A DNA stretch of 64,000 nucleotides from Phoronis australis. Its lineage: Eukaryota; Animalia; Phoronida. Of the stretch, positions 12,601 through 24,600 are shown piece by piece. The stretch spans positions 1-64,000 of the forward strand of contig NMRA01000954.1 in NCBI GenBank assembly GCA_002633005.1, in the 5' to 3' direction. The notes under the pieces are model-generated. The model had not been told where the DNA came from, searched no databases, and saw only the letters and a program-made list of their open reading frames with translations. Position 1 is the first letter of the stretch. The number at the start of each line of letters is the position of its first letter. The position numbers were made by a program, and so were the translations under genes.

Positions 12601-15600
12601 TAAAACGCTCGTGATTTTTTAAGTGTACAATGTCTTGCGTGTAGGTGCCGTCAAGACAACCAATGCCAGCATGGACAGGGTCGTCTGTAAGTCAGAATGT
12701 GGCTCCACCCAATTCACAAGCCCCCCCTCAACACATGACTCCTCATAACATGGGGCTCAGACCTCCCTTAGGACAAGCACAGAACCAAGGTCCCCCCTTA
12801 CAGCAAGGTTTTCAACAAACTCCATTTGTAAGTTCAACAAGCATTCTAAGAAATCTTAAGTTTTGATGTAGATCACTTCATGTAATAAAATTAGTGTCAG
12901 TTTTTATGTACCCACAGATATGTATGTGGGCGCATCATGCCGTCATCCCTGTTTGTCTTGCATCCACTGCTGCATCTCCAAAACCCTTGGTTTGATGTTC
13001 GTGTAGTTTTACACATATGTTCGTATTGTGGAAGGGATGTTATGAGCAAATTTGCGGCGAATCGGTCTGATGGTGGATCTTCACGAAACTTGCATGTGAT
13101 TTTATTGAGAAGAGTGCAACTGATGTGGAATTGGGATAAATTGTGACTAATGCAGAGTCCCCTGGTGGCAATTTTGTTTTTTTCTTTTCGTTTGACTTGA
13201 TAACCATAAGGAAACTAGTTGTTCATAAAATTTAGCAAAGAAGATGCTATCATGTGAACGACAGCATAGCCTTATTTGAGATATTTGACTTACATTACGC
13301 CCCTAAGGGCTTTTTTATTGAGTATCCTCTAAACTTTGTGAAGAATCATGATATAAGGTGGCAGGAGTGAACCTGGGTATTGAGGATAGCATTGAGGATA
13401 GTACTGAGGCTAGCATTGAGGATAGCGTTGAGGATAGCGTTGAGAATAGCGTTGAGGGTAGCGGTGAGGGTAGCGTTAAGGGTAGCGTTGAGGGTAGCGT
13501 TGAGGGTAGCACTGAGGATAGCGCTGAGGGTAGCGCTGAGGGTAGCAATGAGGGTAGTACTGAGGGTAGCACTGAGGATAGCGTTGAGGGTAGCGTTGGG
13601 GGTAGCATTGGGGGCAGCCTTCAGGGCAGCCTTCAGGGCAGCGTTGACGATAGCGTTGAGGATAGCATTGAGGATAGCGTTGAGGATAGCATTGACAACT
13701 TGCTTTGCACCACCTAGAGTTTACTAGCATTGCTCCCATTAATGGGAATGTTTAAGATAATGACCATCCTTTGTCTGTTAAAGGCACACAGTGGGCACAT
13801 ATCAGCACCATCCATTGGTCTTGTTTGTACTCACATTAGGTATATTTAGCAAGAACTGACAGTTGGTTGCGTGAAGTCATGCTTAGAATATTAAATGCTG
13901 CATTTTGAGTTGTGATCAACTTTTAAATCTTTTCAAAGCCATAAATCTGCCCATCTGAGTAAGGAACACCTTTGAGGCGAAGGTTATGTAGGACGCCATA
14001 AAATGGCCAAATTGGACTGATTTCAAAGCATCACATACTGGAAACCGCTGATCGGATTCATACGGTACTTTCAGATAACATGCTTTGTTTGCAAAAATGC
14101 TGTTAAGAACTGTTTTTAAGTGCTCCATTTTGGGATATTGGGCTTACAAAAAATAGAACTAATAATGATTTTCATGAAAAATCTTAAAAGTTGCATAAAA
14201 CTGAAACGTAGTGATATTTTAGAAAACTGTAACAGCGTTTTTGATATCTCACCTCGATCATTTATATAGCACAAAATTTGATGGTGTGATTGATTCCATT
14301 GTTTTGCTATCGATGTGCCTTTTTTCTGAAATTTTGCTTAAAAGACATGGTCAGGTGACCCAATTAATATGAGATTGGTGAAGTCAAAAATCAAATTCTA
14401 CAGACTTTCTTCTTTCAGTAATTTGAGTTAAAATTGTATTTGTTTAGATATGTTGCTAACTGCACAGAGTTATGGATAAAGTCATACAAGTCATTNAAGG
14501 TCATACAAGTCATTCAATCTATATTGATAAGGTCATACAAGTCATTCATTCTATATTGATAAGGTCATACAAGTCCTTCATTCTATATTGATAAGGTCAT
14601 ACAAGTCCTTCATTCTATATTGATAAGGTAATACAAGTCCTTCGTTCTATATCGATAAGGTCCTACAAGTCATTCGTTCTATATCGATAAGGTCCTACAA
14701 GTCATTCATTCTATAACTAAAGGTCGTCATGAAAAATTTTTCAGCAGAAAGAATGTTCATACAACTTTAATGTATTACGCTGGCTGAATGTAGATAAACA
14801 TGTGATGAATTTAGACAAAATGGCTGAATGTAGCATGTGGTGCTGAAGTAGCACGAGACTGACCACAAGGAGGTGCTGATTGTTTTAAATTTATTTCCTA
14901 TATCTACGTGATATAGTTAAAAGGGTGTGCCTCGTTTCTTTGTCTGATATTTCGTGTTGAGGTGTTTATTTAATGGTAGCGAAGTAGAATGCACCCTAGC
15001 TGAAGATACTGTGCTGATGCAGCCGTGATTGATCAAACGTGACGGGTCTACATGCGAAATCTGTCGATATATTCTACGTATTCTGCGGGGAAAATGGTTT
15101 CGAATAAATCCGCCCTTTTCTGATAGGTAAGTCACGGAGGCCCTATACCCCAGCAGCCACAGCAACAGTTTGCAGGCCCCAGGCTGCAGCCCATGAGTCA
15201 CCAGGTGGGCCCCACTCAGAGTCGACCTATGCACCCCGTCCTGCACAACCAAAGATGCAGAGGTCCAGGTGAGTGTTGTACCTAGTGAATGATTCATTTG
15301 CAGACTTTTGTTCCTTCCCTGTCACTGTTCTACTATAGTATCTCGTGTTAAGGTGGGTTGGTATGGTTAAAATTATTACCCAAATCTGTCTTTTTTCTCT
15401 TGTTTAAGGCTTCTCACATTGTTGTGAATGCTCACAATTTCTCAAATCCTTTTCTGATGGCACCTGTCATGTAAACACAAATAATAACGTTTTTATGTAG
15501 TTCTAATTAAATCTGTAAAAATAATGAAGAAATACAATTTGAATATAATTTCATTCTTCTACCATATTGTACCTTAAGTTAGTCCGGCTTTACCATACAT

Positions 15601-18600
15601 TAACACGTGAAGTGTTCTCTTTGGCCTGATCTGCCATTTCTGAGATAAGATGTTGTATACTCCTGACTTTGTTCATCATCATATTGTGAAGTCTATGTTG
15701 TTCATGTGTCTGTTGGGTTCACTCACATTTATGGACCACTATTCACTAATTGTTCATGCTGCTGAGGAGTCACACTAAATACTAACTCCTCTTTGTCCAG
15801 CCTCCATGCCCTCACAACCCCAGTTCAATGGTCCCCGCCAGTTTCACCAAGGCCCAGGAGGTTATCAACAGAGTGCGCCACAATACAACCAAGCTCCACC
15901 TTCTAGCCTATTTCAACAAAGGCCCCTAAATCAAGTGCGAGGTCAAGTAAGTTGTTGCTATGGTGATCAGGATTGAGAAAATTTTATAAGTACTGCTGAA
16001 GTTTTGGCCGGATGAATTTATTGCAGTATTTAACATCCTTTCTGTGGTGTGTGCCTAATCTGGTGGAGATACCGTAGTAGTCATTGACAGGGGTCTCGCA
16101 TTTTGAGAACCAGTTTTCTCCACTGAATATTGGGCATGAACCTGGTTCTCAAAATATCCTGCAAGTGACTATTGGCAAAGATGTAGTACAGCCGCACTTC
16201 CGTACAGTGCCGAAAGCTCAAATTCAGTTCCCGTACCTATTGCATGGTTAGGCCTTGCTGTGTACTAACAAATGTATGAAGGAAGAATACAAACCAACTA
16301 AAAACATTTTATAGTTAAAAACAAGAAGCATTTATTTTGGTTTAAAGACTTTAATCACAACTCCTTTATGTATTTATTAATAAACCGTTAATCTTGCTCC
16401 TAAGTCAGGAAACAACACATTTATTTTCATTTGAAGTTTGTCCATATTTGGAAAACCTTGCATATTTGAAGCAAATACATTGCTATCATTGTGAATGTTA
16501 AAATCATGTGTTCTGTATTATTTCATAGTTGCCTTTTAGTAAATCATTTGTAGGTCACATTTCATTGCCTTTGGAGTTCCAAAGATTTTCTGTCCCAGCG
16601 AGGGTTTGAATACATGATCTTCTGCTAGAAATGATCGATTTCAGTTACAGATGTATGCATATTTAATGTAGTTACAATGTGTTGATGTTGGTGGCCTTGT
16701 GTGATCACTATGAGTTGGGAGGTGTGCTGACATCAGTTATGCACTGAAGATGAGAACCATCTTGACATCAGTTATGCACTGAAGATGAGAACCATCTTGA
16801 CATCAGTTATGCACTGAAGATGAGAACCATCTTGACATCAGTTATGCACTGAAGATGAGAACCATCTTGTTCTCATTGTATTTGTGCTCTTCACAACAGA
16901 TAATTCAAATTTGACCAAACTCATCAGAAAATCTGGGTGCATTTTGTGGAAAACTGGGAACATGTACACTGAACTGATGTTAAGTGTTAATAAATGGCCC
17001 ATGCAGGTAACAATTTAAATGACTAATCTCCAGCTAGTTCAAACGCATCACATTGGTTTTCACATTCAGCTGGTGGTGGCAAAATCCAGATATATTAGTT
17101 TTGATGACTCTAACAAATGTTTAGTGGATACTGTTGTCCTTATGCTTGTTCTTAGTTTTGTTTCTGACACGGCACCCTACATTACGTAGTCACATACCCA
17201 ACTATACACTGTGTGTCCCTGTAGTCACATACCCAACTATACACTGTGTGTCCCTGTAGTCACATACCCAACTATACACTGTGTGTCCCTGTAGTCACAT
17301 ACCCAACTATACACTGTGTGTCCCTGTAGTCACATACCCAACTATACACTGTGTGTCCCTGTAGTCACATACCCAACTATACACTGTGGGCCCCTGTGAC
17401 CCAACTCTTGAGTCTACATTTGTATTCTTCAGTTCCAACCAAGACCAAACCGACCACAACATTGGCAGAGTCGGCCATACGTGCCATCATCCCAAGGTTT
17501 CCAGTCCCGCTCCTCCCTGGACGCCCAACCAATTCAGTCATTGGTTAGTGGGCAGGTTCAGCAACCCACACGTCATCAGGCCCCGCCCAGACACCCTCAC
17601 GGCATCCCTAGGCAGCAGCATCCAAGACAGCAACCTCCCAGGCAGCAGCCTCCCAGGCAAGTTAGCCCAAGGTTTCCTCAGAAAAGGCCTCCGTTCCGAC
17701 CTCGACAAGGTGAAGGTCAGGGTCAGAGGTCGCAGTTTCAGCAACATGCCAACCCGCAGAGGTGAGTTACACATATATATATATATATATACATGTATAC
17801 ATATGTATGTGCTTAATGTCTTTTGGGATTCAAATCAGGAACGGCAGCCAAACACTTTGGTGGCTGAGCTGAATCTCCCTTAGTGTGTTGCAGAGTATTT
17901 TAAGCGTAATAAACTGGTGGAGACAATGATCTTAATTTCAGCGAACGTTTGCTAGACAGTGGTAATAATTGACGATTTACAATAGCACCACAAAACCACA
18001 ACAGATTTTTATGCTCCCTTGTATTTGTATGTGGTCGCATTTTTTTGTCATTCCTGTCTGTTCGGCATCCATCCAGCATCCATCCGGCGTCTGGCATCCG
18101 CTGCTTTATCTTCAAAAGCCTTCAATTTTGGTTCATGAACTTTTGCAGATATGTTCCTTTCATGAATGGAATGGCATGAGCAAATTTTCGAACGAATCCA
18201 ACTACCAGTGTGCCCCGTAGTGGCAATTTTAGTTTTTCATTTACCTCTGTATCTTTGGAGGTCCTTTAAAGGATTTTCATAAAATTTAACAAATAGGTAT
18301 CACCGACTACTGTGGCGCCTCCTAGTGGCAGGTTCTTTTGCATCTATGGCTGTATCTCCTAAGCTCTCTGCAGGATCTTTATTAAATTTGACAAGTGTAG
18401 TTGTATGAAGTTGACAATGAATAATGACGACAGGACGAATCCAACTATCGCTGTGCCTGCCTAGTGGCAATTTGTTTTCGCTGTAGTCTGTATCTTTGAA
18501 GCAAATTTAATAAATTGGTTTCTATTTATGAAAAGACGACACGTTCCCATTTTCAGTAGATTCGACGTGTAATTGCCATTTTTGTCATGAAATTTTGCAG

Positions 18601-21600
18601 ATTTCTATTAAAGAGACTATAACAGATGGATTTGCCGTATTCTGTGCCACTCGATGGTCATTTTAAAATTTTTAAAAGTTTTTTACTTCATCCTCTCCAT
18701 CCACCAAACTGTTTAAAGGATCAGTATTTAAATTGGAAGATGTGTTCCTGATGAGAAGATTTAGGCTGGCGTTGATTCTTGGAGGTGTTCGACTACTCTG
18801 TCGCCCCTTTATAACCCTTTCAGGGCTCGACATAACGAGCTGCAGGTCGCATTTGCGACCTGAAATTTGGAAATGCGAGCTGAGATTTTTGTCAGCTCGT
18901 ATCAAGTCGCAAAATGCGACCTGGAATTTCCAACGAATGCGAGCTGAGTTTTTACACTTCTCATCATATACAAAGCAGCTCTTGTTAAACCGACCGTTAT
19001 TTGGTTGTTGCCAAATACAAGTTTAATAGAAGACTAACCGAGAACAGCCCTCCCGATGACTTGTAAGCATGTCGCGTGAACATGGGATATGCAGAATCGA
19101 TCTTTGACGCGTTTCATTGACTAACACTTTCGGCCACTTTTGTAAATTCCCGGATTCGCCGAAGAAAGTTTCACATAAGATGTCCTTATTACATGTAACA
19201 AATATCCACGACAATATCCCTGATATCGCACTGCAGCACCGTTAGCGCGCAAGCGGTCCCGGCAGACAATCGTGACTTAGACTGAGATGTGCTTCTCCTT
19301 TTATCGTATTAAGACAGCCAAAGTGAAAATGACAACCTTATTAATCGCCAAACGACGGTCACGTCTTTACTTTCAGTTGCCAAGAAATTTTCTCCCTTTT
19401 CACATCGCAAATTTAGCTACTCGAATGCACATGTCAGTTAGAGAGCACTGATTCAACTTTCACGCCGGCAACTTGCCTTGCGCTCTAGAGACTTTCAATG
19501 GCGGTCGTGAAGAACAGTAAGGCCGTACCTGCATGAATGAAGTCAATTTTGAGATACAAAATTTGTGAGTATTTAACGCTGCTGGTAAGAGCATAATCTA
19601 AACATTTTCTCGATGATCTAAAAAATCTATTTTGGCGCGTAAAAATGGCGGGAAAATTTTGCGACCTGGCATTTACGAATGCGAGCTGGATTTTGAAAAT
19701 GCGACCTGGGATTTTGGCTTGGTCGCAAAATGCGACCTGGCGATTTTAATAGCGTCGAGCCCTGCCTTTGTGAAATTTAGCAGATATGTTCGTATGGAGA
19801 TGGCAACACATGATGACCAGTTTCAGACTTGTCCAACTACAGCTGTGCCCCCTAGTGGTAATCTTATTTTTTACTTTTACCACTGTAGCTTCAGAGTTCC
19901 TCTATGCTTTTTCACGAAGTTGGGAAGTTGCTGTTATGCAGATGACGTTTCCATTTTGTGATGGATTCAACATATTCTGCACCAAATAGTGGCCGTTTAA
20001 ATTATTTTTGAGTCTGTTTTTGTGTCATTTGTTTGTGTATCTGCCAAACCACACAGAGAATCATTATGAAAATAGGCAGATGTGTTCCTACTGACAAGAG
20101 CATGACTGGTGCAGATTTTCATAGGGTCCAAATACTGTGGTGCCCTCTAGTGACATATTTTTGCATCTACAGCTGTTATCTCCTAAATGCCTCTCAAGAC
20201 GTTTATGAAACTTTGCAATTGTATCCCTATTAATCCTTTCAACACAGCAGACCTCTTAAGCGGTCTCTGAAACTTACCTCCATTCAACACCGTGGACCGC
20301 TTTATCGGTCTCACGATATGCCGAACTTCCAAGCAACAGAATATTTGATTGGTTGATTAGGGGAATTCTTTTGTGTACGTCACAAATTTAAATATAGCCT
20401 TACCTTCATTTCTAACAGCTTTTCTGATTCGTTGCTGAGAGGTAACGTGAGTTATTGAAGGGGTTTTCCAAGAATTTAGATCGATGACTCGCGAAAACAA
20501 AATGTCGGCCGACGGCGATTCAGACATAGACTTTTCAAATGACGAAATTGGCAATAATTTGTATACTTTTTACTTAATTAATATACAAGATAACCCAAAA
20601 AGGAATTCTTGTATATCTGGCCAGATTTTGTTGACTATTACGACAAAGAAGTTGATTTACATGGCTTTGAACCAAAGGAAAACTTTACAGGTCACGAATT
20701 TCGCAATTGGGTCAAACAAACGCCGTTGAACTCCGACAACTTCGCAAATTTTCTGAACATGTGGAGTCTTCTAGAGTGTACGATGGTTCTGATAAGCAAG
20801 TTGAGTACTTTAGAAATTTCTATATTGATGAAATATTCGGTGAAATTGTCAGGGTAATTAATTTGAACGCCCAAACGAAGCGCGAGTCACAACCGGAAGT
20901 GGACAAATTTGAATCGTTGAACTTAACGATCGCCTAATTTAAGTCACTTTATGGACTTCAAATGTAAATAGAAGATGTGAAATATGATCGAAAATGTATC
21001 TTAAGAAATTTTACTGAAGAATATTGACGACACTGTTACTCATAAATCATTTTTATTTTTTAAACGATATATTAAATTGGCAAATTGGCAAACAAACACC
21101 GGCATTTCAGGTGTTACTTACCTGCATCACGTGAGAGAGTGGGATTTTTTAATTTTGGTGAATTTGTAGATAAAGTTCATTCTGTTCTCTACATTTTGGT
21201 GTATTACACAAATTCAATTATAAATGGATTGTTTATGGAATTTTGAAAACAAGCACCTCAGTTCAGCCCATGTGTGCTAAGTTACTTGGGGTTCAGGGAC
21301 ACAATGGCCGACAGTTACTTGGAGTTGAAAGAGTTAACTTGACAACATATGGACAGATTGGACTACTAGACTACTGGACTACTGGACTACTGGACTACTG
21401 GTGTGGCTCCTAATGGCATGGTTGCCTTTGTACCTTTGGAGTTTCATAAAATTTGGCAAATAGCTTTTAGAGACGATGACGCTGCCTTCAGTGTATTTTG
21501 TGGCATCTAATGCTGATACTAATAAGCACCCCTAGAAGCACACCGTTTGCGGTGCCGTCGTGGACACATTTCAACTCTCCGCATTGCTCTTGTTTTATAG

Positions 21601-24600
21601 CTATGGTCAAAGCTAGGAACTCCAAAAAGTGTGGCGCATCCCACAATAATTCCAAAAAGTGTGACGTATCCCACAATAACCCCGAAATTATGTTTTTGCT
21701 TCATAAACATGATAATATCTCTTCAAGGAAATTGCAGTAATTTCTGGTATGCTCATTGGTTCAGTGAACTCTGATACTTCTGATTCGTATAAGTGTTGGA
21801 TATTTCGTTTCAGGAATCGAGAAATGCCTGCCAAGAAGAGACAGAGTCTTGGAGGTGGTGATATGGGAGGGAATGTGGTTGAGCAGGCACCAGCCAACAA
21901 AGGAGCAGCACCATCTGTAAGTGAACAGCTATGTATATGTCTTCCTAAAACCACTTTGAGGTGGTGATGTAATAACATTGTTTCTAAAATCTGTTATTCT
22001 ATTTACACCAACCTCTAGACTAACTGCATTGGCACAATGTTTCAGTTGTTCATTTCCCCAGCTATCTTTAGGTGTTACAGCATTCTTAGAAGAACGAGCG
22101 TAGTTGTATGGTACACTCATGGGTGTATGATGCACTCATGGGTGTATGGTACACTCATGGGTGTATGGTGCACTCATGGGTGTATGGTACACTCACAGGT
22201 GTATGGTACACTCACAGGTGTATGGTGCACTCATGGGTGTTTGGTACCCTCACAGGTGTTTGGTACACTCACGGGTGTATGGTGCACTCATGGGTTTATG
22301 GTACACTCANTGGTACACTCACAGGTGTTTGGTACACTCACAAGTGTTTGGTACACTCATGGGTGTATGGTGCACTCATGGGTGTATGGTACACTCACGG
22401 GTGTATGATGCACTCATGGGTGTATGATGCACTCACGGGTGTATGGTGCACTCACGGGTGTATGATGCACTCACGGGTGTATGGTACACTCATGGGTGTA
22501 TGATGCACTCATGGGTGTATGGTACACTCATGGGTATATGGTACACTCACAGGTGTATGGTACACTCACAGGTGTTTGGTACACTCACAGGTGTTTGGTA
22601 CACTCACAAGTGTTTGGTACACTCATGGGTGTATGGTGCACTCATGGGTGTATGGTACACTCACGGGTGTATGATGCACTCATGGGTGTATGATGCACTC
22701 ACGGGTGTATGGTGCACTCACGGGTGTATGATGCACTCACGGGTGTATGGTACACTCACGGGTGTATGATGCACTCATGGGTGTATGGTACACTCACGGG
22801 TGTATGGTACACTCATGACGGTCAATGATGAGCAATTTTCTTCCCTTTTTTCTTGAGAAGGTTGTACCATGTGGAGACGACTGTAGAAATGACGGAGCAA
22901 AACGTTGTACCAATTTAAATAGGATAGAGGTTGGTGTAAATAGACCAATAGATTTTAGAAACAATGTACCTGAGTGTGTATATGTTACGACTACTGTTAG
23001 TTTGTTGCTATTATTGGCCTAACGATTTGCTTTACAGTGAACATGCCCTGCTGTTCTAAATATCAGCAGTAAACAGTTGTGCGACAAACTCCCGTGCATA
23101 ATTCAAAACTAGTGGTTGTGTATGAATATTTATCTATGAAATGAATATAACTGAAAACTATATCTCTGTCTGAAGTGTCATACTCGTTGAAATCTGATTT
23201 TCTGTGAATTCTGCAGAAAACCATGGACCCAGAAACTTTGGAGTTACAAAAAAAACTTGAAGCTCAGAAAAGGTTGAGAGAGGAAGTGAAAAAACGCAAG
23301 GAATTACGTCGACAGTTGATGTCAGGCAAGGGGCGGGAACAACTGGAGCAGAAGTCTGCCTTGACAGGTGGGTGGGGCAATGTAGAGGAGGCGAGGAGAT
23401 GGTATATGTGTTTCACTTGTCAACATGTGCACAGTAGACAACCTTTCAAACAAAGTTATGAAGAGATGCGAGAGGCAGCTTTTGTGTCATCACATGAATT
23501 TGTGTGGCCATAGGCTTTTGACCTTTGAGATTAAAATTGTGCTGTTCTTGCAACTTGTATGATTGAGTTACATTTCCATCATTCTTACTGCCTACTAATT
23601 GTTCTTATATTCTAACAAGTGCTCATGCATTTATCAAGCAAATCTGCTTGATAAATGATACTTTGTAAAGCCTTATTGTAATTTACTTTCATACTAAACA
23701 TCTGTCATTAGTTATAATGCCTTTTTTGAAGAGTTGCATTTTAAGTATTTTGCAGGATCCATTTAATCATTTTAGATTCTTTGGTTTCAATGTTTCTTGT
23801 GATCTTAAGTGGCACTCATCTGTAGGAGTTTCCCTCTTCTCCGTACTCAGGTAAATCTTTGGATGAGATTGCACCAGCACCACCTGGCCAAGTTCTGGCA
23901 GTTGTCAAAGCCATGGCAACCAAATCCTTGGCAACTAAAGCTAAAAATATTGCCATACAGCGCTCAGTGCAGAACAAGATCTCCACAATGAATAAACAAC
24001 AGCAGGGACATAGTCAAGGTTACGGCCAAGGGCAAACTGCTGTGCAACGGAATAAACTCAGTGTTAAACAGAGGCTTGGCAAGAGGTTAACCTCTGTGGA
24101 AGGACGGACACCGGCAATGCCCTCTAGTGTGCAGACATCAAATCTAAAGACAATACCATTGCAGGACAATGTGGCAAGTGCCAATACAAATAATAGCAAC
24201 AGTGTGTTTAACAGAAGTAACAATAATAATAATAACAGACAGGTGTTGGGTAGTGGGACAGAGCGTCCAAATCCTAACACTACACGCACTGTTATGGCAG
24301 CTCCGAAGACGGCACCTGCTGCCAATCTGAGGACAGTGGTAAAACCTGGTGGAGGAACAGGAGTGGTGAAACGTCAGGGGGAGGCTCATCTCGGTGAGGG
24401 TGGGCCGCCGAAGGTAAGACTGTTGGTTGTAAGACATTGAGTGCAGATGATGCCAGTTACAAGTTTACAATTAATAAAACATGAAATTCAATGTGCAATC
24501 CTGGCGTCATGGATTTTGCTTTTATTAAAAGCGTCCCTTTGCTTCTATCTTTGGAGTTCCTTGATGGATTTTCATGAAATTTGACAGATTTCTGTTAAGA

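Larger units (their letters stand above)
18005..21594 (+). mobile_element. Helentron/DINE-like copy interrupted by hAT5-like and piggyBac insertions
   Basis: 5' end at ~18005, core units with CCTAGTGG, 3' end ...CATTTCAAC..GCATTGCTCTTGTT at ~21594. Confidence 0.7.

Noticed and set aside
13315-13739. Four overlapping repetitive ORFs (RIALRIAL, SVEG, QRYP)
   Set aside because: Artefacts of a stop-free 12-bp minisatellite within an intron; no splice support needed for the RBM33 frame.
13778-13800. TTAA-AGGCACACAG possible Kolobok left end
   Set aside because: No matching right TIR with TTAA found.
16728-17410. 35-bp repeats resembling CRISPR repeat length
   Set aside because: Head-to-tail copies with no unique spacers, no cas genes, eukaryotic intron context; same for the 38- and 43-bp arrays.
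22037-22769. MVHSWVYG / GVWYTHGC repetitive ORFs
   Set aside because: Translations of a 19-bp minisatellite.
23628-23657. 13-bp-arm palindrome CATTTATCAAGCA-AATC-TGCTTGATAAATG
   Set aside because: Short, isolated, no TSD or second copy; too weak to interpret.
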